64,000 bases of DNA from an uncultured Candidatus Saccharibacteria bacterium (GTDB lineage: Bacteria > Patescibacteriota > Minisyncoccia > Phycocordibacterales > UBA1006). The translations under genes and the position numbers were made by a program. Below the pieces are notes generated by a model. It was not told the origin of the DNA. It ran no database searches and was given only the letters and a program-made list of their open reading frames with translations. Within the stretch, counting starts at the first letter, position 1. Each line of letters begins with the position of its first letter. The DNA is taken from positions 875-64,874 of the forward strand of contig CAYQCC010000005.1 in NCBI GenBank assembly GCA_964415895.1, in the 5' to 3' direction. Below, piece by piece: positions 27,054 through 36,144 of the stretch.

Positions 27054-27698
27054 TTATTCTTTCCAGATTGCGAGCATATATGCTCCTGAATTATACCAGG
27101 CATGCAGCAACCGATCCCTGCTCACTATTGATACTGGCTCTTCAATCGGCTGGGAATTATTGAAGAAATAATGATCGCCTTCTTTTCCTGTAATGGTAAT
27201 GGCATGATTTCCCATTCCACCATTTGGACGAAGAAAAATTCCTCTATTCCGAACGCTTAGTATTACAGGCATACCCTTTTGTAAAAATTCATCAACACCT
27301 TCTAATGTTGGCAATGCCGTGGAATATTTTCCTCCTCTTTTTATAATATTAATATCTCCAAGCAGCTTTCTCCTGCGATATAGATTTTCCTCATTATTAG
27401 GAATGGACTCATAATTTTTTTGTATCCTTTCAAGATCTTTCTCGGTAACATTCTCTATTTCTGGACTTATCACTTGCAAGTCATGATATGCAAAGAATGT
27501 ATTATACCCACGGTCCAAGGCAACAATAGCCGCACCTTGATTATCATATCCTTGTTTGAGTTTATAAGGATTCATCAGTTCGATTACTTCCTTATATTCG
27601 ATGTTATCTCCTAAAAACCTTAACACCATTGTTAAGTTCGCTACTAGACACTCGTCGGATTTAGGAGTTTGTCGAATAATTGGAATATTTAATTTCAT
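27054..27698 (-). CDS. Peptidase C39-like (papain-fold) domain protein
   Basis: Start placed at MKLNIPI (the six-frame ORF runs into the tRNA). Q...DEC(L)VANL with catalytic Cys and a downstream GNHAIT His, consistent with a C39-like fold. Confidence 0.55.
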   Translation of the reverse strand: MKLNIPIIRQTPKSDECLVANLTMVLRFLGDNIEYKEVIELMNPYKLKQGYDNQGAAIVALDRGYNTFFAYHDLQVISPEIENVTEKDLERIQKNYESIPNNEENLYRRRKLLGDINIIKRGGKYSTALPTLEGVDEFLQKGMPVILSVRNRGIFLRPNGGMGNHAITITGKEGDHYFFNNSQPIEEPVSIVSRDRLLHAWYNSGAYMLAIWKE

Positions 27699-27699
27699 G

Positions 27700-27784
27700 C
27701 GGAGATGGAGAGATTCGAACTCTCGAAGGCTTTCACCTTGCCACGTTTCCAACGTGGTGCACTAGACCGCTATGCGACATCTCC
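27700..27784 (-). tRNA. tRNA-Ser (anticodon GGA)
   Basis: Cloverleaf folds with GGAGATG/CATCTCC acceptor stem, anticodon loop TTGGAAA, long variable arm, TTCGAAT T-loop and discriminator G. Confidence 0.85.
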
Positions 27785-27915
27785 ATACCATCTACGTTGC
27801 ATATAGATGATGATTCGACCCTCTTGGGCCGCCCGTATGCTTGTACCAGCGAGATTACCATAAAAACATTGTTTTCCAAAATAAAAACCGCATGTTGCCA
27901 TGTGGTTTTTACTGA

Positions 27916-28029
27916 TTATACAACTTCAACAGGCTCAACTGGCTCTTCGCCTTCTGTTGTTCCGTCAGCTTCTTCCAAAGCTTTTTTTGCTGCAATCTCT
28001 TCTTCTGTCATGATTACTTCTGGTTCCAT
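27916..28029 (-). CDS. Possible small acidic ORF (37 aa, MEPEVIMTEEEIAAKKALEEADGTTEGEEPVEPVEVV)
   Basis: Not in the supplied track (<60 aa). Followed on its own strand by the hairpin-plus-T-tract at 27881-27910. No clear SD. Confidence 0.25.
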   Translation of the reverse strand: MEPEVIMTEEEIAAKKALEEADGTTEGEEPVEPVEVV

Positions 28030-28092
28030 AAAATAGTTTATATAGTTAATTGCTAAGGTGCTCAGTATACACTAATTTCAACTAATAGCAAT

Positions 28093-28674
28093 TTATTTGT
28101 CAAAACGCTCCATGGCACCTTTCCAGGAAACTTGATCAAGAAAGTCTGAAATATATTGTTTTTTCCCAGACGGCTGATAGTCAGCAACGTATGAATGTTC
28201 CCACATGTCGATTCCTATAATATACTGCGTTGAATTTAGGTGGCCAAGATGTTGTTCATCAACCCAGCCATTTTGCAATATCCCAGCTTCTGGGTCATAT
28301 GATAAGATTGCCCAACCGATTCCTCGGGTCATTGCGATCTTTTCAAATTCCACGCGCCACAGGTCCACGCTTCCCCAAACTTCGATTATCTTTTTAGCAA
28401 GTTCTGAATTTAAATCCAGAGCAACGGTTTCGCTTAATAAATCTGTGAAATAATATTCGTGATTCTTTATTCCATTGTATTCAAATGATCGACGACGGTT
28501 CAATTCAGTCATTAAAAACTGAGTGTCTTCTTGATTTGCATACGTATCCATTAAATCACTTGCAAGATTGTAATGTTTTACATAACCACTATAAAGATTC
28601 AGGTGTTCAGCCAATGTCTTTTGTGAAATTCCTTTCAAGTTTTTTAATTCAAACGCCTTTGCTATATATGTCAT
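28093..28674 (-). CDS. sodA: Superoxide dismutase [Fe/Mn]
   Basis: Start placed at MTYIAKAFELKNL. C-terminal DMWEHSYV...Y motif and N-terminal His ligands. Confidence 0.9.
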   Translation of the reverse strand: MTYIAKAFELKNLKGISQKTLAEHLNLYSGYVKHYNLASDLMDTYANQEDTQFLMTELNRRRSFEYNGIKNHEYYFTDLLSETVALDLNSELAKKIIEVWGSVDLWRVEFEKIAMTRGIGWAILSYDPEAGILQNGWVDEQHLGHLNSTQYIIGIDMWEHSYVADYQPSGKKQYISDFLDQVSWKGAMERFDK

Positions 28675-28681
28675 AAATTTA

Positions 28682-29275
28682 TTATTTAGCGCATAAACGA
28701 TGGGTATCATCGATAGTATCTGACCCTGTTCCTGGCTGCATAACCAATTCAGTCATCATTCCAGACCCTATTGCGACACCGCCAGAACTGAAATGAACTC
28801 GTGTCTGTTTTTTATAATCAGTCTTTTCTAGGATAAGTGTTAGGCCGCTGCACTGATCTTGATCCATTGTCGGTGGAATAATGTCGACAATGAAGTATCC
28901 TTTTGCGTCTGTATATACTGATTTATTAAGTTCAGATATGGTAACTTTCACACCTGATAGTAACTTAGTAGTAGTACCATCAGAAATACGACCTTCTATT
29001 CGAAACATATTTGAAGGGATTTCACTACTATTTGTATTCATAGAAGACTGAGCTTGTGTGTTAGTCGTTGTGTTTGTCTGTACAGGTTTTGTCACTTTTG
29101 GCGCTGGGGCTTTTACTTCTGAATCTGGTTTTGAATTTGTAATATCTGTAGGTGTCGAAACGTTATAATTCTCAACTGCTGCTTTTTTCTTGCTTACAAG
29201 TGCCCAAATACCTACGGCTAGTAAAATAATAATAATTACTAATAAAATTATGTTGATTTTTGATTTATTTTCCAT
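28682..29275 (-). CDS. Membrane-anchored protein with a carboxypeptidase-regulatory-like (transthyretin-like) domain
   Basis: TM helix, Thr/Asn-rich linker, then GRISDG...VKVTISELNKSVYTDAKGYFIV. Confidence 0.5.
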   Translation of the reverse strand: MENKSKINIILLVIIIILLAVGIWALVSKKKAAVENYNVSTPTDITNSKPDSEVKAPAPKVTKPVQTNTTTNTQAQSSMNTNSSEIPSNMFRIEGRISDGTTTKLLSGVKVTISELNKSVYTDAKGYFIVDIIPPTMDQDQCSGLTLILEKTDYKKQTRVHFSSGGVAIGSGMMTELVMQPGTGSDTIDDTHRLCAK

Positions 29276-29287
29276 ATGTTAATTATA

Positions 29288-29818
29288 TCACAGCTTGATC
29301 CAGTAAAGACATTCCTTCCGACCATCATCATTTTGCACGATTTTATCGAGCTTTCCACCGTTTTTCTCTATCAGTCTTCGCGAACCCTTGTTATTAATCT
29401 TGCATGTTAAAAGCACCTTTTTTAGGTGTATTTTACGTGCCTTTGCCAAAACCTGCTGCAGCATTTCAGATCCATACCCCTTTCTTTGCTGTTTCGGTGA
29501 GACATCTTGTCCAATGTGTCCGCCAAACAAACGCAATTCTTTTGTAAGTTTGTGTCGCAGTCCGATTCTTCCAACAACTTTCTCGCCAACTACTGCCCAG
29601 TACATGTCTGGCACATAACTCTTTCGAGCAAGAATATCTGTACGGCGAGCTAATAGTTCTAAAATAAATCCAGGTTTTTTTGAATATTCCAAATTCTTTG
29701 CGTAACTATCTCGATAATTTTTATTTTTTCCATGTGCAATAAAATCACGGCACAGGTCTTGGTAGCTTCCTAAATATTTCTTTGTTGGCAAAACAAGTTT
29801 TAATTTCTGATTTTTCAT
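29288..29818 (-). CDS. GNAT family N-acetyltransferase
   Basis: Start placed at MKNQKLK. Motif A core Q..RKGYGSEML. Confidence 0.7.
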   Translation of the reverse strand: MKNQKLKLVLPTKKYLGSYQDLCRDFIAHGKNKNYRDSYAKNLEYSKKPGFILELLARRTDILARKSYVPDMYWAVVGEKVVGRIGLRHKLTKELRLFGGHIGQDVSPKQQRKGYGSEMLQQVLAKARKIHLKKVLLTCKINNKGSRRLIEKNGGKLDKIVQNDDGRKECLYWIKL

Positions 29819-29819
29819 A

Positions 29820-30221
29820 TTAATTAACGATATCGCACTGACCATCAAAATAACCTTCGACGACTTCGATTTCAAAGTGTTCAACAAAGTTTACGGTTCC
29901 GTGCGTAATTGCTCGTTCGATCATATCTTCTGTATGTCGCGGATTTACATTGTCCGTACACGAGATTGTAATATGTGGATGTTCCTTGGTAGATTTTGGA
30001 TTTTTGATTAATACTGCCTGACTATTTTCATCATATACATACCCAATCACTTTCAAGAAATACTTGTTCCCTATTTCAATACCTGACAAATCTTTTGGTC
30101 GATATTCAATCGTAGAATGATGCGCAAATACACGGTTATGAATAGGTGGGAAAACGTTTAATAATGTCTGTGGATCAACCACAAAACATGCTGTATAGAT
30201 TATTTTAACAAAACCATCCAT
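29820..30221 (-). CDS. Putative 2H phosphoesterase superfamily protein
   Basis: 133 aa with two H-x-[TS]-x motifs (HHSTIEY and HITIS) spaced as in LigT/CPDase-like enzymes. Confidence 0.4.
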   Translation of the reverse strand: MDGFVKIIYTACFVVDPQTLLNVFPPIHNRVFAHHSTIEYRPKDLSGIEIGNKYFLKVIGYVYDENSQAVLIKNPKSTKEHPHITISCTDNVNPRHTEDMIERAITHGTVNFVEHFEIEVVEGYFDGQCDIVN

Positions 30222-30222
30222 G

Positions 30223-30666
30223 TTACTTGTTCTCTATTGGGTGTAAGTGAGCGGCAATTCCCATCGCAGCTGCAATAATTACTAGGTTCTTGATAATATA
30301 TTGACCTACAAGTGTTGGCACCAAAAATCCTGACCATGATTCTGAAGGTAGTAATACTAATGGTCCAAATGTTGTGATCATATGAATTAATAGCAATGGC
30401 ATAACAATACGTGTCATTTTTGGAAACAAAAACAATACACCAATAACAACTTCAAACCAAGCGAAAAACATATAAAAATGAGCAAATGACACAAAATGAA
30501 TAGATGACTCGAATAATGCATGGACCAATGATCCTGCTGGTGATAACCCTAGTACTTTCAACATTCCAAACCAAATAAATACAACAGCAATGGCAAAACG
30601 AGCAGTGGCAATCCAATGCTTTTGAAAAAATCTAATAATATGCAAATCTATATTTTTTATATTCAT
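30223..30666 (-). CDS. Membrane protein (4 TM helices; DoxX/DUF417-like)
   Basis: Start placed at MNIKNIDL. The upstream extension would overlap the tRNA region. Confidence 0.55.
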   Translation of the reverse strand: MNIKNIDLHIIRFFQKHWIATARFAIAVVFIWFGMLKVLGLSPAGSLVHALFESSIHFVSFAHFYMFFAWFEVVIGVLFLFPKMTRIVMPLLLIHMITTFGPLVLLPSESWSGFLVPTLVGQYIIKNLVIIAAAMGIAAHLHPIENK

Positions 30667-30725
30667 ATAATTAATTATATACCTGGATTGAAATGGTTGC
30701 AAAGTATGATATAGTCGCCATATAT

Positions 30726-30812
30726 GGAAGCGTGGCTGAGTGGTTGAAGGCACTTGTTTCGAAAACAAACGTACGGGAGACCGTACCGAGAGTTCAAATC
30801 TCTCCGCTTCCG
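30726..30812 (+). tRNA. tRNA-Ser (anticodon CGA)
   Basis: GGAAGCG...CGCTTCC acceptor stem, anticodon loop TTCGAAA, long variable arm. Close match to canonical bacterial tRNA-Ser. Confidence 0.85.
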
Positions 30813-31138
30813 CATATATATAACTTTCTATTTCATACAACTATTATTATCTGCCTTAGTCGCTTATTTATTTTGGAATCGATTTGCAGGCAAGTATCCG
30901 GGCGATAAGCCAGAAAGATCTTTTGTGGTAAGGATATCAGATTACAGTATTCATGTTCATCACTGGATCTGTTGCTCCCTTTTTCTAGTAATCACCATTT
31001 TGTTTAAATATTATAATCCATTGTTCCTAGGAGTATTCATTGGGTCAATTATCCAAGGGCTTACTTATAAGGACAGATTTGTGATTATTTATAAAAGCAG
31101 AGATTTTGAAAGAATTTATTCTAAGTTTGTAAAATAAA

Positions 31139-31160
31139 ACACCAGTTACTGGTGTTTTAT
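31139..31160. terminator. Bidirectional terminator (AAACACCAGT-tact-GGTGTTTT)
   Basis: Hairpin plus T tract between 31137 and the end of the minus gene at 31162. Confidence 0.7.
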
Positions 31161-31161
31161 T

Positions 31162-31689
31162 TTATATTTTTCTACTGTCATATGCCCAATGCAATACTGC
31201 TTGGCGTTGTCTTGGTCTACAAAACATATCGCCTGCTCTACAATTATTTCCAATTTGGATAGTGTGACGCCGGATCGCTTTCCAACGTTTTATCTGACGA
31301 GCATCCTCATTTTTAATTCTGCGACCCATATAATATCTACAATACCACTGAAACCATCCACGAGGATCTTCTTTATAAATCCATCCCTTTTGTCTCCAAA
31401 TATTTAATGATTGACTGGCATTTTTACCAAAGTAATTTATTGATGCCTTATGTGTGTTTGTCTCACTTGGGGCAAGCTTTGCATTCTTAAACCAAGATTT
31501 TGGAAACTCATTCATACAGTCACGCATGTATACACCTCCAAACACACCAAGCGACAACATCTCAGCTGGAGTTAATTGTGGCTTGAATTTTGAGTCAAAA
31601 TTTTTTCCTACTGGTTCAACCAGTTCGTACGAGTAATTCTTTTGCATCTTATCATGCACGTTCACGATAATAATTTTTTGTTTTGCCAT
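31162..31689 (-). CDS. Conserved hypothetical protein (175 aa, Trp/Tyr/Arg-rich ...GWFQWYCRYYMGRR...)
   Basis: Clean ORF with its own terminator. No family assigned from memory. Confidence 0.5.
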   Translation of the reverse strand: MAKQKIIIVNVHDKMQKNYSYELVEPVGKNFDSKFKPQLTPAEMLSLGVFGGVYMRDCMNEFPKSWFKNAKLAPSETNTHKASINYFGKNASQSLNIWRQKGWIYKEDPRGWFQWYCRYYMGRRIKNEDARQIKRWKAIRRHTIQIGNNCRAGDMFCRPRQRQAVLHWAYDSRKI

Positions 31690-31691
31690 AT

Positions 31692-31982
31692 TTATTTTTT
31701 AGGTTTAACTACTGGATTAACTCCATCGATGTCAGTTTCCTGCTTTACGACTGGCGATGTTTTCTTTGGTTGCACTTTTGGAGGCGTTGTAGACCCTGTT
31801 TTAATTGGTAACAAATCTGCTTCTTCTGCCAATGGGTCTGGTTCACCATTTCCAATAATACTTCCAGAGTTAGCGCGACCACTTAAAAAATCTTGCTGAT
31901 CAGCAATAACAAGACCAATAATTCCCAGGCCGATGATGCCTATGAATAACGCCACTTTTCGCCATGTCCAAAAGTCTTTCAT
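31692..31982 (-). CDS. Small membrane-anchored Pro/Lys-rich protein
   Basis: Start placed at MKDFWTWRKVALFIGIIGL. One TM helix followed by a low-complexity tail. Confidence 0.45.
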   Translation of the reverse strand: MKDFWTWRKVALFIGIIGLGIIGLVIADQQDFLSGRANSGSIIGNGEPDPLAEEADLLPIKTGSTTPPKVQPKKTSPVVKQETDIDGVNPVVKPKK

Positions 31983-32016
31983 ATGATCAGTATAGCAAAG
32001 ATTAGTAAAAACTAAA

Positions 32017-32040
32017 AAACCACATATTATGTGGTTTTTT
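32017..32040. terminator. Bidirectional terminator (AAAAACCACAT-attat-GTGGTTTTTT)
   Basis: Hairpin with flanking A and T tracts. Confidence 0.7.
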
Positions 32041-33031
32041 AGCGCCCATTTATTGACCAATGCCAAGGCTCTGATTGGATTTTATGCTGAAGAGGTCCGT
32101 ACTCTTTTTTTGATGCATTTGCACTTAACCATGCATAACAACTACTGCCGTATTTCAAACTACCGCCGTTACACGAAAGATCAAAAGCAAGTCCGAATCC
32201 ATGATTTGATTTGCCGGGAAACGCTGTGTCTGGATCACATTGCTTTACAGGTTTCGTCATAATACAACTTTGATCACCACCGCAGTGGCAATTCTTATTA
32301 CGTAACTGAACCTGTTCACCATAGGAACGATAGCCGTCTTTAATACCAAGAGGGACGCCTGATGCACGTGCGTCAACAATCATTTTTTTTATTTGATTTG
32401 CAATTGTTTTACAAGCATATTCCCCATATCCTACAGATTCGAAACCAGCTGGACATGCAGGCGTATTACTTCCTGCTGATGGCGCAGTGGTAGTAACTAC
32501 GCTACTGTTACTAGCGTCAAATGGGTCAAACCCATCGCCGTTCTCGTCTAGATCAAGCGCTGCCATTTTGATATCTGGCTCCACAATCAACAAATCTGGA
32601 TTAATCGTTCTTAGAATTATTGTAATACCAAGCAACAACATCAAACCAAGAATAACCTTTGTAATCTTGTCTTTTAACTGAGCAAACGTACCCACATTCT
32701 TGTCTTCTGCTGCGTACTGAAATCCGTACACAACTAACATAACAACACCTAATACTCCTGCTATTCCAATACCTATCTCCATCGCAAAGTTAATGAAACC
32801 CCCAATTCCTCCTGTACCTCCTGTTTTTCCAAGATCAATACTCTCTACAGGTACTCCATCACTTCCTGGTAATGCCTCAAGGAGTACATAACAGTCTCCC
32901 GCTTTAGCGGTACTGTCACATTTGGGGACGATGGAAGTGTTAAGAGATGGAGTCACAGGAGTTTGTGCAAAAGCCACCTGCCCAAAAACAACTGTTGTTA
33001 GTAATATAAAAAGTAGGAATAGTTTTTTCAT
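32039..33031 (-). CDS. Secreted/membrane protein: N-terminal pilin-like hydrophobic region fused to a C-terminal peptidase M15 (VanY / D-Ala-D-Ala carboxypeptidase-like) domain
   Basis: Signal peptide; Gly-rich hydrophobic segments (TGGTGGIGGFINFAMEIGIGIAGVLGVVMLVV); C-terminal SNHGFGLAFDL...EPWHW zinc-peptidase motifs. Confidence 0.65.
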   Translation of the reverse strand: MKKLFLLFILLTTVVFGQVAFAQTPVTPSLNTSIVPKCDSTAKAGDCYVLLEALPGSDGVPVESIDLGKTGGTGGIGGFINFAMEIGIGIAGVLGVVMLVVYGFQYAAEDKNVGTFAQLKDKITKVILGLMLLLGITIILRTINPDLLIVEPDIKMAALDLDENGDGFDPFDASNSSVVTTTAPSAGSNTPACPAGFESVGYGEYACKTIANQIKKMIVDARASGVPLGIKDGYRSYGEQVQLRNKNCHCGGDQSCIMTKPVKQCDPDTAFPGKSNHGFGLAFDLSCNGGSLKYGSSCYAWLSANASKKEYGPLQHKIQSEPWHWSINGR

Positions 33032-33157
33032 AATATAATGAATTTAGTATATCACTATTATATTCTGGTTTCCAGCACAATTTTAAATTAATTTTATCTC
33101 GAAGCGTTACGCTAACTAGGATCTTTTCTTTTTAAAACACAATTAAATAACAACTGT

Positions 33158-34108
33158 ATGACAACTAAAAAATTAATTATGATTACCTTAATGGTAATGA
33201 CTCCATTTTTAAGCAATGGACAAACTGGCGTTAACACAATGACACCCAGATCAACACTCGAAGTAAATGGAACGTTCCGGGTAGATTCCATAAAACCTAT
33301 TAATAAACCAAAAAAGATAGCCGTATTCACCGACTCAAACACGTTGGACTATGTTTCAACCGACACATTACAGAAACTGATCAGCAACTCAGATAATAAA
33401 CCAAGCATGTTACCGACTGATAACGTATGCTATGGTTCTAGTATTTACTATCCATTTTATAATAACTCGGATAATTCTTATATTATTGTTACTAACAGCT
33501 CTTCTGTTTGTTTCTATTCAGATGAATACGGGTTACAGAAATGTTATCTAGATACGCTTTTCGGATATCCTGGCGCCCTATCAGTAAATCTTACAGGAGC
33601 ATGCATTATTAATAACTACGCCTACCTACTAATTAGAGGTTACGATATAAGTTCCATCTTACGAATAAAAGTAGTTCGTTTGCCAATATCAACCTTTTCG
33701 CACGCTTCTGCTCAGATTATGTCTTTTTCAGGAGGAAGTTTAAATGGTAATTCATTTGTTCCGTACATGACCGGCAATGGATCAAATCTTTATTTTAATT
33801 ATAATGGCGGATATTCAGGAAGTACTAATTTGATAGCAAAGTATCAAATAAGCGGACTCACGTTATCAAAGGTCTCTACAATTACTTTATCTGGAATAAC
33901 CTTGGATTACTCTTACTTTTTTATAAAAGATGATCAAACTATTTGGCTTAATGATGCTTCTATAAATTATATAAAGGTCTTCAATCAAACTGGAAGCCTA
34001 GTAAGAACATACGAAGGCGGTCTTTATTTACAAAATCAAAGCATAAACTGGAACAATGTATTATACTGGCTTAACAATGGATTATTTCAAAAAATTAATA
34101 TCTTTTAA
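33158..34108 (+). CDS. Secreted hypothetical protein (signal peptide, beta-rich)
   Basis: 316 aa ORF with an N-terminal signal peptide. Confidence 0.5.
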   Translation: MTTKKLIMITLMVMTPFLSNGQTGVNTMTPRSTLEVNGTFRVDSIKPINKPKKIAVFTDSNTLDYVSTDTLQKLISNSDNKPSMLPTDNVCYGSSIYYPFYNNSDNSYIIVTNSSSVCFYSDEYGLQKCYLDTLFGYPGALSVNLTGACIINNYAYLLIRGYDISSILRIKVVRLPISTFSHASAQIMSFSGGSLNGNSFVPYMTGNGSNLYFNYNGGYSGSTNLIAKYQISGLTLSKVSTITLSGITLDYSYFFIKDDQTIWLNDASINYIKVFNQTGSLVRTYEGGLYLQNQSINWNNVLYWLNNGLFQKINIF

Positions 34109-34224
34109 AAGATTAGAGTCAGGAATTATACCTGACTCTTTATTATTTATTTTACATAAAGTGAGTAAACAAAAAACCGCCGAAGCGGTTTTTTGTTTAC
34201 ATAACTAGAGTTAGATAATAAGAA

Positions 34225-36144
34225 TTATTTAACTGAAGTATATGGAGTTTGGAATCCTGACATAGGAGTCAAGTTCTGAACTGTTGCACCTGTTGTAAGA
34301 GCCGCATCTGTGAAGAACTTAAGATCGTTCAACTGAACTCGGTAACTTGCAACTGCAGAAGCCCCAGTTACTTCAATTTTAACGTTGAATGTCTGAGTAG
34401 CCCCTGAATCAATTCGCCATGATGTTCCGTTTGAAGGAGCAGCACTTGAAACTGTAGCAACAACTGTAGCTCCACCAATTGTAGTAGCCTGAGTTGAAGG
34501 AGTTGAAGAGTTATTGAATGTAAATGACAACTCATTTGTTCCTGAGATAGCTCCAGCTGCAGCAGCTTGAACTGTTTGTCCAACATACAATGTATCGTCA
34601 AATGCCTTAACTGTTACAGGAATCATGTAAGTAGCCTTTTGGTTGCCTGCAGCACTGTAAGTTTCAGGTGAGAATGATGTAGATACATTACCCATAGTAA
34701 CAAGAGCACCTGTAGACAAGAATGTCATGTTTTCACCGACAACTGATCCAGATACGTTTGAAACTGTATCACGGTTGATGTTATCCAATTCAACAGTCAT
34801 TGTTGAAGAGTTAACAGAAGCTGATGCTTTGTCTCCGTTATCGAAGTCTGTAGTAGTAACTCCAGTGTTTTCAATATCGTTGATGTCAGCTCGTACTTCG
34901 AACTTAGCAGTTGCGTTTGCAGCAATTGAGTAGTTCAACTTAGAAATGTTTCCAAATGTTACAGTTTGAGTTGAAACACCTGTTGGGATTGATTCTGTTG
35001 AAAGAAGTGATCCGTTAGCGTACAACTTAACAACTTTAACGATAGCTTCTGGGTTAGGAGCAACTCCGTCCGCACCACCGTTTGTTGTTGTAATAACAAC
35101 TGGTACTTTCTGAACAACCATTCCAGCGTTCTCAGCTTTAGCATCGAAAGCAAGAAGTAATTGATCAGGAGTATCAGAAGTGTTTGAAGCCTGAACTGTC
35201 TGAGCTACAGGGTTTGAAGATGAAGTGTTAACTTTAAACTTCTGGTCTGAAGAAACTCCACCAGCTTTTTGGAAGTCAATTGTTGACTGTCCTAGTACTG
35301 ATCCGTAGTCTCGGTATCGTCCGTTAGCTGAAACAGCTGAAACATAGTTTGATGTTCCTGAAACTGTTGTACCAACGTTGATCTTCCAAGCTTCGTTAGC
35401 AGCATCAGTTGAATCCATAGTTGGAGTTCCTGATACAGCGATCAATACTTGTCCTCGCATGTTTTGCTTAACAACACCATTCATTCCTGTGAATCGGTAT
35501 GTGTAAACATCACCTGAGTCTGAAGAGAAGTTAGAAACTGACTTTCGTCCGATTTCTTTTCCATCCAAGAATACAGTAATGTCAGAAGCGTATCGAGTGA
35601 TCTTTAGGCTTCCTGTTCCTGTGTTCTGTAGAGCAACTGATAGACTATCGATTTTTTGGTCAGCGTCTTTAGCGATAACTTCAAAACCGTAAACTACTTT
35701 GTCTTTATCTCCTTCCATTACCTTTGTACTGTTGTAAGCTCCAAGCTTAACATCGTTTGAAAGGTATCCTTCTGTTCCACTGATAACTGTACCATTGTCG
35801 ATAACAGTTGATCCTGAACATGCAGCCAATTGAGCAGCAGTTACAGGTCCGATGATACCGTCAACTTTAATAGCTTTTGAAGCTTGGAAAGTCATGAATA
35901 CTCCTTTTGTTAGAGGACCGAACTTTCCGTCAATTACTAGGTTTGAACCTGCTACACAAGAGTTAAGAGCCATTTGAGCAGCTTTAACATTTGCGTTCTG
36001 TGAAACTTTAGCTCCGTATCCAGAACCTACTTTTAGGTATCCAGATGTAGAAGTGTAGATTTCAGTTGACATAACTGCACTTGCTGATCCCGCTAGAGCG
36101 AAGAATGCAATTGCTGCAACTGTTGAAATCATTATTTTTTTCAT
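34225..36144 (-). CDS. Surface protein with an N-terminal peptidoglycan-binding domain (PGBD-like) and a long Thr/Ser/Val-rich beta-repeat region
   Basis: Start placed at MKKIMISTVAAIAFFALAGSASA. ...AAQMALN...IDGKFGPLTKGVF...VDGIIGPVTAAQLAA fits a PG_binding_1 fold. Confidence 0.6.
   Translation of the reverse strand: MKKIMISTVAAIAFFALAGSASAVMSTEIYTSTSGYLKVGSGYGAKVSQNANVKAAQMALNSCVAGSNLVIDGKFGPLTKGVFMTFQASKAIKVDGIIGPVTAAQLAACSGSTVIDNGTVISGTEGYLSNDVKLGAYNSTKVMEGDKDKVVYGFEVIAKDADQKIDSLSVALQNTGTGSLKITRYASDITVFLDGKEIGRKSVSNFSSDSGDVYTYRFTGMNGVVKQNMRGQVLIAVSGTPTMDSTDAANEAWKINVGTTVSGTSNYVSAVSANGRYRDYGSVLGQSTIDFQKAGGVSSDQKFKVNTSSSNPVAQTVQASNTSDTPDQLLLAFDAKAENAGMVVQKVPVVITTTNGGADGVAPNPEAIVKVVKLYANGSLLSTESIPTGVSTQTVTFGNISKLNYSIAANATAKFEVRADINDIENTGVTTTDFDNGDKASASVNSSTMTVELDNINRDTVSNVSGSVVGENMTFLSTGALVTMGNVSTSFSPETYSAAGNQKATYMIPVTVKAFDDTLYVGQTVQAAAAGAISGTNELSFTFNNSSTPSTQATTIGGATVVATVSSAAPSNGTSWRIDSGATQTFNVKIEVTGASAVASYRVQLNDLKFFTDAALTTGATVQNLTPMSGFQTPYTSVK

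Noticed and set aside
27680-28036. 118-aa + strand ORF
   Set aside because: Overlaps tRNA-Ser(GGA) on the opposite strand and the small minus-strand ORF. Low complexity, no start context.
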